64,000 nucleotides of DNA from Verrucomicrobiota bacterium. GTDB lineage: Bacteria > Verrucomicrobiota > Verrucomicrobiia > Limisphaerales > Palsa-1400. Numbering within the stretch: the stretch's first letter is position 1; each line of letters starts with the position of its first letter. The position numbers and the translations under genes are program-made. The notes under the pieces are model-generated. The model was not told the DNA's origin. It saw only the letters and a list, made by a program, of their open reading frames with translations, and did not search any database. The stretch is from the NCBI GenBank assembly GCA_049513975.1, contig JBEKVM010000011.1, positions 4,637 through 68,636 of the forward strand. Direction: 5' to 3'. This document shows, one piece after another, positions 1 through 8,157 of this stretch.

Positions 1-2000
1 AACGGATGCAGCCCGGCCTGGAGCTTGATGCTGCCGCTGACTTCCTGCCCGCCGGCGTAGCCGAAGTCCGCGTCAATCACCGTGGCGTCATGGATGCGCA
101 GCAGCGCGCCTGTGTCCGCTTGGAGGTAAAACGTGTAGTCGCCATCCTGCGGAATGTTCAGACAACCGGAGAACAACAGGCCGATGTTGTCGTCCCGGGT
201 GCGCTTGCCCAGGTCCGGCCGCTCCGCCGTGCCGCCGGCCACCGGTTGGAGCGTCTCCAAATCCGGCACCCACGGATAGTCGCCTTCATAAGCTTTCCAC
301 TCGACGCCGCCCGCGACGGGCATGGCCCCCAGCGCGGGAACCCATTCCTTGTCATACGGACGCGGCGCGGTGGGATTAGGGCGGCGCACTTGCAGCGTCG
401 CGGCTTTCATGCGCTGTTGCAAGTCGGGCATTGCGGGCGCGAGATCGTTCGTTTCATGCGTATCCAAAGTCGCCTGGTAGATTTCGAAAGGATCGGCTTG
501 GGATTTGGTGTTGTAGCGCACCCCCAGAAAGTCGCCCATGCGGATGAGTTGCATTTGATTGCGTTGGCGTCCGCGATGGCTCGGCGCAAAATCCTGGTAG
601 TCCGGGGTTTTGCCCGGCTCATAATACTCCACGTAAATGTAGCCCCGGTCATGCTGCGCGCCGCGGCCGGTCAACTCCGGCAACAGCGAGACTCCGTCGG
701 CCCGCGCCGGCGCGGGAACTCCTGCCACGTCCGCGAATGTGCGCAGCCAGTCGTAAGAGATGCTCGGACGGCTGACCACGCGTCCGGCGGGAATGTGCCC
801 CGGCCACCAAGCCAGGGTTGGCACGCGCAGGCCGCCTTCCCAGCAGTCCCGCTTGATCCCGTCGAAAGGCCCGTAGCTGCCGAAGAAATCCGCGCGCAAC
901 GGTTCGCGCGGAATGTAGGATTCGATGCTCGGCCCGTTGTCCGAGGAGAAGACCACCAGTGTGTCCTGGTCAATGTTGAGGTCCTTCAGCAGCTTTTTGA
1001 GGTCGCCCACGGCATCATCCAGGCGGCGAATGGCGGTGGCGTAGCGCTTGTAAACGTCCGGCCAGGGCACTTCGGGAGTGGCCGGGTTGTTGTCATCATC
1101 GAAAGTGGCGAAGCGATAATCAGGATGAATCCACGAATCCACCGCGCCGGAAGCGGTGTTGATCATCTGACCGGGGGTCCCCAACCATTGCACGCCGCCG
1201 TGCAGACCGCCGCCGGCGGGATAGGCCTGGGTGGGCAGTTCCTGGGCGGCGTGCGGCGTGTCGTAAGCCAGATAGATGAAGAACGGCTGGGTGGCATTGG
1301 TTCGTTGATGGTCCACGATCCAGTGCTTGGCCCACGCCGTCCACAAATCGCCTGTGTAACACTTGTCCAATTGCGGCGTCACATCGTTTATGCCATCCCA
1401 GACTTGCTTGGGTATCCTGCCCTGGGTGTAAGGCGCTTCCTTGGGATAGTGCTCATGGCCGTCATTATGCCGGGCGTAACCAAAGAAGCTGTCAAAGCCG
1501 CGTTTGGTGGGATAGGCCGGCCAGGTGGCCGGGCTGTCCAAGCCCGGACCTTCCCCCTGCAATCCCCACTTGCCGACGGCGACCGTGGTGTAACCGGCCC
1601 GCCGCAGCACGGTGGCCAGGGTGTGATTGTTCTCCAGCGATTTGTCGAACTGGTTGTCCCGCACATTGGCATGTCCCTGACTGACGCCGAGCAGGAGGGA
1701 AGCGCGCGAAGGCGCACAAACGGGCGCCGGGCAATAATGGTCGTGCAGGAGCGCGCCTTCCGCGGCGCACTGGTCCAGGTTGGGGGTCAATTGCCAGGGC
1801 TTGCTCCGCACGTTGGCCATCTGCCGGCTCTTCTGAAAAAACACGCCAACGTCACCCCAGCCCAAATCATCGGTCAGAATAAAAATAATGTTGGGGTGCG
1901 CCGGAGGAGCCGCGCCTGCCAGCGAGACCGCGGACGCGAGGAGCGCGGTGGCCAGCGGCAGCAGATTAGTTCTTGAGCCAAGCCATCTTGCGGAAGACAC
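1..2000 (-). CDS. Sulfatase (formylglycine-type arylsulfatase family) with a C-terminal PA14-like region; the 3' end runs off the window
   Basis: Absent from the ORF track because it has no stop inside the window. My reverse-complement translation from GTG at 2000 gives a signal-like MSSARWLGSRTNLLPLATALLASAVSLA. It continues with NIIFILTDDLGWGD, the sulfatase C-x-P-x-R motif (CAPSRASLLLG), SSDNGP, and a terminal GDYTFYLQADTGALLRIHD. No other minus-strand ORF uses this frame. Confidence 0.85.
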   Translation of the reverse strand, partial: MSSARWLGSRTNLLPLATALLASAVSLAGAAPPAHPNIIFILTDDLGWGDVGVFFQKSRQMANVRSKPWQLTPNLDQCAAEGALLHDHYCPAPVCAPSRASLLLGVSQGHANVRDNQFDKSLENNHTLATVLRRAGYTTVAVGKWGLQGEGPGLDSPATWPAYPTKRGFDSFFGYARHNDGHEHYPKEAPYTQGRIPKQVWDGINDVTPQLDKCYTGDLWTAWAKHWIVDHQRTNATQPFFIYLAYDTPHAAQELPTQAYPAGGGLHGGVQWLGTPGQMINTASGAVDSWIHPDYRFATFDDDNNPATPEVPWPDVYKRYATAIRRLDDAVGDLKKLLKDLNIDQDTLVVFSSDNGPSIESYIPREPLRADFFGSYGPFDGIKRDCWEGGLRVPTLAWWPGHIPAGRVVSRPSISYDWLRTFADVAGVPAPARADGVSLLPELTGRGAQHDRGYIYVEYYEPGKTPDYQDFAPSHRGRQRNQMQLIRMGDFLGVRYNTKSQADPFEIYQATLDTHETNDLAPAMPDLQQRMKAATLQVRRPNPTAPRPYDKEWVPALGAMPVAGGVEWKAYEGDYPWVPDLETLQPVAGGTAERPDLGKRTRDDNIGLLFSGCLNIPQDGDYTFYLQADTGALLRIHDATVIDADFGYAGGQEVSGSIKLQAGLHP

Positions 2001-2061
2001 ATCTCGAGGGTGCGAAACCGTTCCGGCAAAGTCGAGGCTAATAAATTTGAATCCCGAAAGC

Positions 2062-2203
2062 GGCGCATCTTGACACCACCACCGCGCGCTTCTTCTCCCT
2101 CTCCTCCACACACTTGTGGAGGAGAGGGTCGGGGTGAGGAGGTTTCCATCTGTTTCATGGGCCGGCGTTCATGCCATGCAGGGTGGTAGTATCAAGATGC
2201 GCC
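2062..2203. mobile_element. MITE-like element of 142 bp with terminal inverted repeats and a 9 bp flanking direct repeat
   Basis: GGCGCATCTTGA at 2062-2073 is the exact reverse complement of 2192-2203, and the match extends to 20/22. CCCGAAAGC directly abuts both ends (2053-2061 and 2204-2212). The interior has a 13 bp perfect hairpin, CCCTCTCCTCCAC / GTGGAGGAGAGGG (2097-2128). Confidence 0.55.
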
Positions 2204-2211
2204 CCCGAAAG

Positions 2212-2248
2212 CATCCGCGCTTGATTCGGGACGATTTCAATGGCATTA
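2212..2248 (+). repeat. 37 nt direct repeat, copy 1 (CATCCGCGCTTGATTCGGGACGATTTcAAtGGCATTA)
   Basis: 35/37 identical to 2719-2755. It lies immediately upstream of the antitoxin start. Confidence 0.7.
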
Positions 2249-2514
2249 TGCCGTTGATGACACTTCGCGTGTTGGAAAAACAAGTCTTGGAACTGCCGCC
2301 TCGCTCGCGGGTGCGGCTGGCGGAAAGAATCATCGAGAGCATTGACGATTACGCCGACTCTGAGTTGGAGGCGGCCTGGGACGATGAAATCGAGCGGCGC
2401 GTGAAGGAAATCCAATCCGGCGCGGAAAGAGGGATTCCAGCCGGGGATGTAATGAAGGAGGCCCGCCGCGCGTTGAATGAAACCCGTCGCTTACCATCGG
2501 CTCGCCGCAAGTGA
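2248..2514 (+). CDS. Putative addiction-module antitoxin (TIGR02574-like)
   Basis: MPLMTLRVLEKQVLELPPRSRVRLAERIIESIDDYADSELEAAWDDEIERR is typical of this antitoxin family. I trimmed the track ORF 2116-2514 to the ATG at 2248 because the upstream part is repeat sequence. Confidence 0.6.
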   Translation: MPLMTLRVLEKQVLELPPRSRVRLAERIIESIDDYADSELEAAWDDEIERRVKEIQSGAERGIPAGDVMKEARRALNETRRLPSARRK

Positions 2515-2731
2515 GTTGATCAAATCGGCGGAATTCTACGAGCGTCGGAATTCAACCCTCGGAGAGGCTTTTCTCTCCGCCGTCGAGGCAACGCTGCCGA
2601 AAATTCAACGCAATCCCGAACTCGGATTGCCCGGCAAGCTGGGAACCCGCAGTTGGAAAACAAAACGGTTCCCGTTCCGAATCATCTATTTGGAGCAACC
2701 ATCTTACTGCCGGGGGCGCATCCGCGCTTGA
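2477..2731 (+). CDS. RelE/ParE-family toxin whose C-terminus is replaced by repeat sequence (probably inactivated)
   Basis: MKPVAYHRLAASELIKSAEFYERR...KRFPFRIIYLEQP fits RelE/ParE toxins. The expected final ~20 aa are missing, and the ORF ends inside the 37 nt repeat (..SYCRGRIRA*). Confidence 0.5.
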   Translation: MKPVAYHRLAASELIKSAEFYERRNSTLGEAFLSAVEATLPKIQRNPELGLPGKLGTRSWKTKRFPFRIIYLEQPSYCRGRIRA

Positions 2732-2755
2732 TTCGGGACGATTTGAAGGGCATTA
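2719..2755 (+). repeat. 37 nt direct repeat, copy 2
   Basis: 35/37 identical to 2212-2248. It contains the stop codon of the truncated toxin. Confidence 0.7.
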
Positions 2756-3076
2756 GGGCATGGATGGCCGTTCCCAAAACTTCTCAAGGTCTCTCGCGCC
2801 GTGAAGGACATGAAAGACCTCAATGCCCTCTGCAATCGGGCCATAAAAGATCAGGTAGTTTTCAAATCCCTTGACCCGGAAGGACCGCACTTGGCGCAAC
2901 CGCGCTTGCGGAAAATGCCGGAGGCGGCCCATGCCCGGCATTTGTGCCAGTTCCTGAAAAGTGGCGTAAGCCGCTTCTACGAAGCGGTCGGCGGCATCCA
3001 TGTTGTCAAAGGCGATGTATTCCCAAATCGCCTCCAGTTCAGGCTCGACGTATTCCGAGAGGGTGAATTCAGGCAT
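2753..3076 (-). CDS. parE: ParE-family toxin
   Basis: MPEFTLSEYVEPELEAIWEYIAFDNMDAADRFVEA...FRVKGFENYLIFYGPIAEGIEVFHVLHGARDL. Start trimmed to the ATG at 3076, which overlaps the upstream antitoxin by 8 nt. Confidence 0.7.
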   Translation of the reverse strand: MPEFTLSEYVEPELEAIWEYIAFDNMDAADRFVEAAYATFQELAQMPGMGRLRHFPQARLRQVRSFRVKGFENYLIFYGPIAEGIEVFHVLHGARDLEKFWERPSMP

Positions 3077-3341
3077 TCTGGCGCCGTGCTTTAATCCGCT
3101 TCCGCAACCGCGCAAATACTTCTTCCCCATCCACGCCCTTGCCGGCATCGAGCGATTCCGCCGCTGCCAACAATTTCGCTTCCAGTTCCGGCAGCGACCG
3201 CGCCGAGATGCGTTTCAGCAATTGTTCCTTTTCCAGCAGTCGCAATCCCTCACGCAACACTTCGCTGGCGGTCCGGTAATCGCCGCTCTTGACCTTGCCT
3301 TCCACGAATTGCTCCCATTTCTCTCCAAGCGATACGTTCAT
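3069..3341 (-). CDS. parD: ParD-type (CC2985 family, RHH) antitoxin
   Basis: MNVSLGEKWEQFVEGKVKSGDYRTASEVLREGLRLLEKE is the characteristic N-terminus. It is coupled to parE. Confidence 0.7.
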   Translation of the reverse strand: MNVSLGEKWEQFVEGKVKSGDYRTASEVLREGLRLLEKEQLLKRISARSLPELEAKLLAAAESLDAGKGVDGEEVFARLRKRIKARRQNA

Positions 3342-3501
3342 GGTGTGCTCCGGTTAAATTTTTCTGTTCTCAATATATCAAAACAACAAAAAATGCGCAA
3401 GCCGTGTTATCTCCCACTTTGGCAGGAGGGCGCAAGACAAAATTCTTCGGCGCGCCGGTTCTCCGAGGCAGGGCATATATGGGCCTATATATCTGGGTCG
3501 C

Positions 3502-3543
3502 CTCTCTCGCCCCGCGAAGCGGGGAGAGAGCCGGAGAGAGGGG
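3502..3543 (+). repeat. GGAGAG-hairpin element with a GGAGAGAGGGG tail (dispersed family)
   Basis: CTCTCTCGCCCCGC-GAA-GCGGGGAGAGAG followed by CCGGAGAGAGGGG. The design matches 2097-2142, 6144-6182, 49863-49914 and the array units. Confidence 0.6.
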
Positions 3544-3644
3544 TTCCTAATATTTGTCAGGATCATTCCGCTGACAAAGTTCCCCCGCCTTCCCCCGGGC
3601 CTTTGCGATTCTCCATCCTCCATTCTCCATCCCCCACCCGCGCT

Positions 3645-6056
3645 TCATTTGCGCAAACGCAGCGCGTTGCCGATGACACAGACCGAACTGAGGCTCATGG
3701 CGGCGGCGGCCAGCATCGGGCTGAGCAAAATTCCAAAAAACGGGTAAAGCAATCCCGCCGCGATGGGAATGCCCGCCGCGTTATAGACAAAGGCGAAAAA
3801 AAGATTTTGCCGGATGTTTCTCATCACTTTCCGGCTCAATTCGATGGCCTTGACCACGCCTTGCAGGTCGCCTTTGACCAGCGTGATGCCGGCGCTGGCC
3901 ATGGCCACGTCGGTGCCCGTGCCCATGGCGATGCCGACCTGGGCCGCCGCCAGGGCGGGGGCGTCGTTGATCCCGTCCCCGGCCATCGCCACAATCCGCC
4001 CGCCCTCCCGCAACCGCCGCACTTCTTCGATCTTCTGCCCCGGACCGGCCTGGGCGCGCACATCTTCAATCTGCAATTGCCGGGCCACGCTGCGCGCGGT
4101 CTGCTCGTTGTCCCCTGTCAACATGACGATCTTCAACCCCATCTGATGGAGCCGCTGGATGGCGGCGGCGGTGGTTGGCTTGACCGGATCAGCCACGGCC
4201 AGCGCCCCGGCGATTTTTCCATCCAGCGCCACAAACACCACCGTTTGTCCCAATGCTTGACACTCCTCCGCCTCCTGGCGCGCCCCGGCCAGGCCGCGCG
4301 CGCCTTGCTCTTCCAGAAACGCGGCATTGCCCGCCGCCACCGGCCTGCCCCCGACGCGCCCCGTCACGCCTCCGCCGGTGTGTGAATTAAATTGTTCCGC
4401 CGGCGCCGGCTTCAATCCGCGTTCCTGCGCGGCGCGCACGATGGCCGCGCCCAGCGGGTGTTCGCTCTGCGCCTCCACCGCCGCCGCCAGCCGGAGCAAT
4501 CCCGCCTCATCCAGTGGAGAGTTGGGAGTGGAGAGTTGTGAATGACGGCATTCTGCACTCCGCACTCCGCACTCCGCACTGAGGAGAATGCGCACCACGC
4601 GGGGGCGCCCTTCGGTCAACGTGCCGGTTTTGTCCAGGACGATGGTGTCCACTTTTTCCAGCGTTTCGAGGGACTCGGCATTTTTCACGAGCACCCCTTC
4701 GCGCGCGCCGCGCCCCACGCCCACCATGATGGACATGGGCGTGGCCAAACCGAGGGCGCAAGGGCAGGCGATGATCAAGACCGCCACCGCGTTGGCCAGG
4801 GCGCGGGCGGCCGCCTTTTCCGGCGCGGCGGCGAGACTGGGATTCGTGCCCAGCCACAACCACAGCGCCAGGGTTATCACGGCCGCGCCCACCACCGCCG
4901 GCACAAACCAGCCCGACACCGCGTCGGCCAGCCGCTGCACCGGGGCGCGGCTCCGCTGGGCCGCCGCCACCATTTCAATGATCTGCGCCAGCAACGTTTC
5001 CCTGCCCACGCGTTCCGCCCGCATCAGGAACGCGCCGGTTTGATTGAGCGTGGCGCCCGTGACCAAATCCCCGGCCGCCTTGGGCACCGGCATCGCCTCG
5101 CCGGTGATCATGGCCTCGTCCACGCTGCTGGCCCCTTCCAGCAAAACTCCGTCCACGGGAATTTTTTCGCCAGGCCGCACCCGCAGGGTGTCTCCTTTGC
5201 GCACCAGCGTGATGGGGAGTTCCATTTCCTGGCCGGAGCGCACCACGCGGGCGCTTTTGGCGGCCTGATGGAGCAGGGCCTGGATGGCCTGGCCGGTGCG
5301 GCGGCGCGCCTTGGCTTCCAGCATCTGGCCCAGCAAGGCCAGCAAGGTGATCATGGCCGCGCTGTCAAAATAAACCGGAATCGGCTCAATGGTGTGGGAG
5401 GAAACCCGGGGCGAAAGGATGAAACTCGCGATGCTGAAGATGTAGGCCGCCACCACGCCCATTCCGATCAGGGTGAACATGTTCGCCCGGCGCAACACCA
5501 CCGAACGCCAGGCCCGCTCCAGGATCGGACGCCCCGCCCAACAAACCACCGCTGTGCATAATCCCCATTGAATCAAATAGTTGACCTCGAACCGCCATTC
5601 CTCGAAGACGCGATAACCGAGCATGTCGCGCATCGCCAGAATCATCACCGGAATGGAAAGCGCCAGCCCGGTCCAAAACCGCCGCGCCAGGTCCCCGGCG
5701 CCGGCCGGCTCCGTCTCGTCCCCGGCCCCGGCCGTCTTCGGCTCCAAATCCATCCCGCAGATCCGACAACTGCCCGGCAGGTCCTGCTCCACCTCCGGGT
5801 GCATCGGGCAGGTGTAGCCTTGTACGGCTTCAGTCATAGCTGCCCCTGGAAGGGTAGGGCGGGCAGTCCCCTGCCCGCCGTCGGGCATTGGCCGGGGAAT
5901 GAACGTCACACTGCCGTCGTGCGGCGCCGCCGGCGGCTGGGCGAGGAATTTCTGGCGGCAATGCTCGCAACAAAAAAACCAGGTTTGCCCGTCGCGTTCC
6001 GCGCGCAGGCCGCTCGCTTCATCCACCTGCATCCCGCAGACAGGATCAACGGCCAT
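3645..6056 (-). CDS. copA: Copper/silver-translocating P1B-type ATPase with N-terminal TRASH/YHS-like and YTCPMHPEV metal-binding modules
   Basis: 803 aa ORF containing CGMQVD...[14 protein letters not shown]...CRICGMDL, the CPC motif ([13 protein letters not shown]), DKTGTLT and [10 protein letters not shown]. Confidence 0.9.
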   Translation of the reverse strand: MAVDPVCGMQVDEASGLRAERDGQTWFFCCEHCRQKFLAQPPAAPHDGSVTFIPRPMPDGGQGTARPTLPGAAMTEAVQGYTCPMHPEVEQDLPGSCRICGMDLEPKTAGAGDETEPAGAGDLARRFWTGLALSIPVMILAMRDMLGYRVFEEWRFEVNYLIQWGLCTAVVCWAGRPILERAWRSVVLRRANMFTLIGMGVVAAYIFSIASFILSPRVSSHTIEPIPVYFDSAAMITLLALLGQMLEAKARRRTGQAIQALLHQAAKSARVVRSGQEMELPITLVRKGDTLRVRPGEKIPVDGVLLEGASSVDEAMITGEAMPVPKAAGDLVTGATLNQTGAFLMRAERVGRETLLAQIIEMVAAAQRSRAPVQRLADAVSGWFVPAVVGAAVITLALWLWLGTNPSLAAAPEKAAARALANAVAVLIIACPCALGLATPMSIMVGVGRGAREGVLVKNAESLETLEKVDTIVLDKTGTLTEGRPRVVRILLSAECGVRSAECRHSQLSTPNSPLDEAGLLRLAAAVEAQSEHPLGAAIVRAAQERGLKPAPAEQFNSHTGGGVTGRVGGRPVAAGNAAFLEEQGARGLAGARQEAEECQALGQTVVFVALDGKIAGALAVADPVKPTTAAAIQRLHQMGLKIVMLTGDNEQTARSVARQLQIEDVRAQAGPGQKIEEVRRLREGGRIVAMAGDGINDAPALAAAQVGIAMGTGTDVAMASAGITLVKGDLQGVVKAIELSRKVMRNIRQNLFFAFVYNAAGIPIAAGLLYPFFGILLSPMLAAAAMSLSSVCVIGNALRLRK
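5853..5897. repeat. Palindromic element GGTAGGGCGGGCAGTCCCCTGCCCGCCGTCGGGCATTGGCCGGGG inside the copA coding sequence
   Basis: 9 bp stem GGCGGGCAG / CTGCCCGCC. It is near-identical to the intergenic 62308-62353 and is translated in copA as ..[14 protein letters not shown].. Confidence 0.7.
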
Positions 6057-6143
6057 ACGGGGCAGGACAGCGGGTTATTTTGAATTCTGGAATCTGCATT
6101 TTAGAGCAAACTAAAAAATGATGCAGCCGAAATGAAGCTCCTC

Positions 6144-6182
6144 CCTCTCCTCCTCAGGAGGAGAGGGCCGGGGAGAGGAGGC
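6144..6182 (+). repeat. GGAGAGGG-hairpin element
   Basis: CCCTCTCCTCC-TCA-GGAGGAGAGGG (11 bp perfect stem) followed by the tail CCGGGGAGAGGAGG. Confidence 0.65.
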
Positions 6183-6289
6183 CGTTTGGTCGGCTTCCGT
6201 GCGGCTACAGTTTTCATGAAATTGCTATAGCCCTATTTTCCTGAAATCTGGGTTGAAGGGAAGTTTCTTTTTGCAGTCGTGACTAGCGG

Positions 6290-7380
6290 TGGGGCGCATC
6301 TTGACACTAGGGACTCCGTCGAACATTCTAATCTCGAAAAACCCGCGACTGCATTGGCCCCACAACCAGCCGCAAACCAACGACAGGCCATTGCTCTTTC
6401 CTCTCCCCCCGGGAGAGGACCAAGGTGAGGGGCTCCCAATGTGCCGGGAGGGCGCGTGTCCGCCGTCCTGTCTTCCGTCTGGTCCGCCAAAGCCTTGGCG
6501 ACGGCGGAAGCCTCGGCGAAGGAGGGCGTCGAGCCCTCTATTCTCGAAAAACCCGCGACTGCATTCCCCACCTAACCATCCGTTCACCCATAACCGCCAA
6601 TTGCTCTTTCCTCTCCCCCCGGGAGAGGACCAAGGTGAGGGGGCTCCCAATGTGCCGGCAGGGCGAGACTCCGTCGAGCTCTCTATTCTCGAAAAACCCG
6701 CGACTGCCTTCCCCACCCAACCATCCGTTCACCAATAACCGCCCATTGCTCTTTCCTCTCCCCCCGGGAGAGGACCAAGGTGAGGGGGCCCCAAATGTGC
6801 CGGCAGGGCGAGACTCCGTCGAGCCCTCTTATCTTGAAAAACCCGCGACTGCATTCCCCACCCAACCATCCGTTCACCCATAACCGCCGATTGCTCTTTC
6901 CTCTCCCCCCGGGAGAGGACCAAGGTGAGGGGCTCCCAATGTGCCGGGAGGGCGCGTGTCCGCCGTCCTGTCTTCCGTCTCGTCCGCCAAAGCCTTGGCG
7001 ACGGCGGAAGCCTCGGCGAAGGAGGGCGTCGAGCCCTCTATTCTCGAAAAACCCGCGACTGCATTCCCCACCCAACCATCCGTTCACCAATAACTGCCAA
7101 TTGCTCTTTCCTCTCCCCCCGGGAGAGGACCAAGGTGAGGGGGCCCCAAATGTGCCGGCAGGGCGAGACTCCGTCGAGCCCTCTATTCTCGAAAAACCCG
7201 CGACTGCATTCCCCACCCAACCATCCGTTCACCAATAACCGCCAATTGCTCTTTCCTCTCCCCCCGGGAGAGGACCAAGGTGAGGGGGCCCCCAAGGTGC
7301 CGGTAGGGCGCCTGTCCTCCGTCTCGTCCGCCAAAGCCTTGGCGACGGCGGAAGTCTTGGCGAAGGATGGCGTCGAGCCG
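6290..7380 (+). repeat. Tandem array of composite hairpin elements: 210 nt (L) and 145 nt (S) units in the order L-S-S-L-S-(L'), a 500 nt higher-order period
   Basis: The unit head TTGCTCTTTCCTCTCCCCCCGGGAGAGGACCAAGGTGAGGGG starts at 6391, 6601, 6746, 6891, 7101 and 7246 (spacings 210, 145, 145, 210, 145). L1 and L2 differ at about 5 of 210 positions. L equals S plus a ~65 nt insert. Both flanks are degenerate. Confidence 0.9.
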
Positions 7381-7609
7381 AAACTCGATTCCTTGCTCAA
7401 ATGCCCCGCTTCCACAGCGCGGGAAGCCGCAACCGAATCCGGAATTGCCCGCAGATTGACGCAGATACGGAAAAGAATAATTCTTCATCTGCGTTCATCT
7501 GCGTGATCTGCGGGCAAAAATCCCCCCCCTATTTTTAACGCAAAGCCGCAAGCGCGCGAAGACGCAAAGAGTTTTTCCCTGCTTGGCGTCTTGGCGTCTT
7601 GGCGACTCT

Positions 7610-7692
7610 TGCCCCGAAAGTTTTCGGGGTTGACCGTTGAATGGTCTTTCTTATCCGTGAAATCCGCGAAATCCGCGGTTCAATTCCTTTGT
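7610..7692 (+). repeat. ~85 nt dispersed repeat, copy 1 (CCCCGAAAGTTTTCGGGG hairpin, then GACCGTTGAATGGTC...GGTTCAATTCC)
   Basis: About 85% identical to 7847-7932. Confidence 0.7.
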
Positions 7693-7846
7693 TTGCGGCT
7701 TTGCCGTGCCGGGGCATTCCCCTTCTTTCGCGGCCATGCCGGTTTCCTTTGTTCAGTCCACCGGTTCGTGTGCGCTCAAAACTCTGTGCTCTCCGCGTTC
7801 TCCCGTTCAAATGCTTTTTCACTTTTCAGCCGCATTTCTAACTGTC

Positions 7847-7932
7847 AACCCCGAAAGCTTTCGGGGTTGACCGTTGAATGGTCTTTTATCCGTGTGATCC
7901 GTGCCATCCGTGGTTCAATTCCTTTGGTTGCG
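7847..7932 (+). repeat. ~85 nt dispersed repeat, copy 2
   Basis: About 85% identical to 7610-7692. Confidence 0.7.
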
Positions 7933-8157
7933 ACTCCGCTGCGCTGCGTTCTTTGCGCTGCAATAGCTCAAAATCGCGCAATTCCAACAAGATGTTTGCC
8001 ACTCCTATGATTTTGCCTTCCATGATTTTGCCTTCCAACGATCTCTTTGAACAGATCGCAGAGGGCGCAGAGATTTTTCCTCTCAGTTCTCCGCGTCCTC
8101 CGCGCGCTCCTGTTCAAATCCCCTTCTTGTTTGAGCGTTCTCCTGTTCCGCCGTCCC

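Noticed and set aside
6-1976. 656 aa plus-strand ORF
   Set aside because: It is the antisense shadow of the minus-strand sulfatase. Its translation is Arg/Gly/Ala-rich with no motifs, while the opposite strand gives clear sulfatase signatures.
2116-2247. N-terminal 44 aa of track ORF 2116-2514
   Set aside because: This part is encoded by the MITE-like element and the 37 nt repeat. The antitoxin homology starts at the ATG at 2248.
2212-2755. Integron attC sites flanking the TA cassette
   Set aside because: I could not find the RYYYAAC / GTTRRRY core pairs or the imperfect internal dyad expected of attC, and there is no intI nearby.
3000-5561. Plus-strand ORFs 3000-4385 and 4542-5561
   Set aside because: They are antisense to parE/parD and copA.
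6290-7380. Possible CRISPR array
   Set aside because: Whole 145/210 nt units repeat with no unique spacers. The unit size is wrong for CRISPR, and the window contains no cas genes.
6290-7380. Possible diversity-generating retroelement TR/VR pair
   Set aside because: No reverse transcriptase is nearby, the differences between units are not adenine-specific, and the units are not embedded in a target gene.
6225-7506. About a dozen overlapping 65-193 aa ORFs on both strands
   Set aside because: They lie entirely in the tandem array. Their peptide sequences are simply the repeat read in several frames, so there is no basis for coding.
7660-7700. tRNA-like T-loop (GGTTCAATTCC) in the ~85 nt repeats
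   Set aside because: No complementary T-stem, acceptor or anticodon arm can be drawn, so the match is only a word resemblance.
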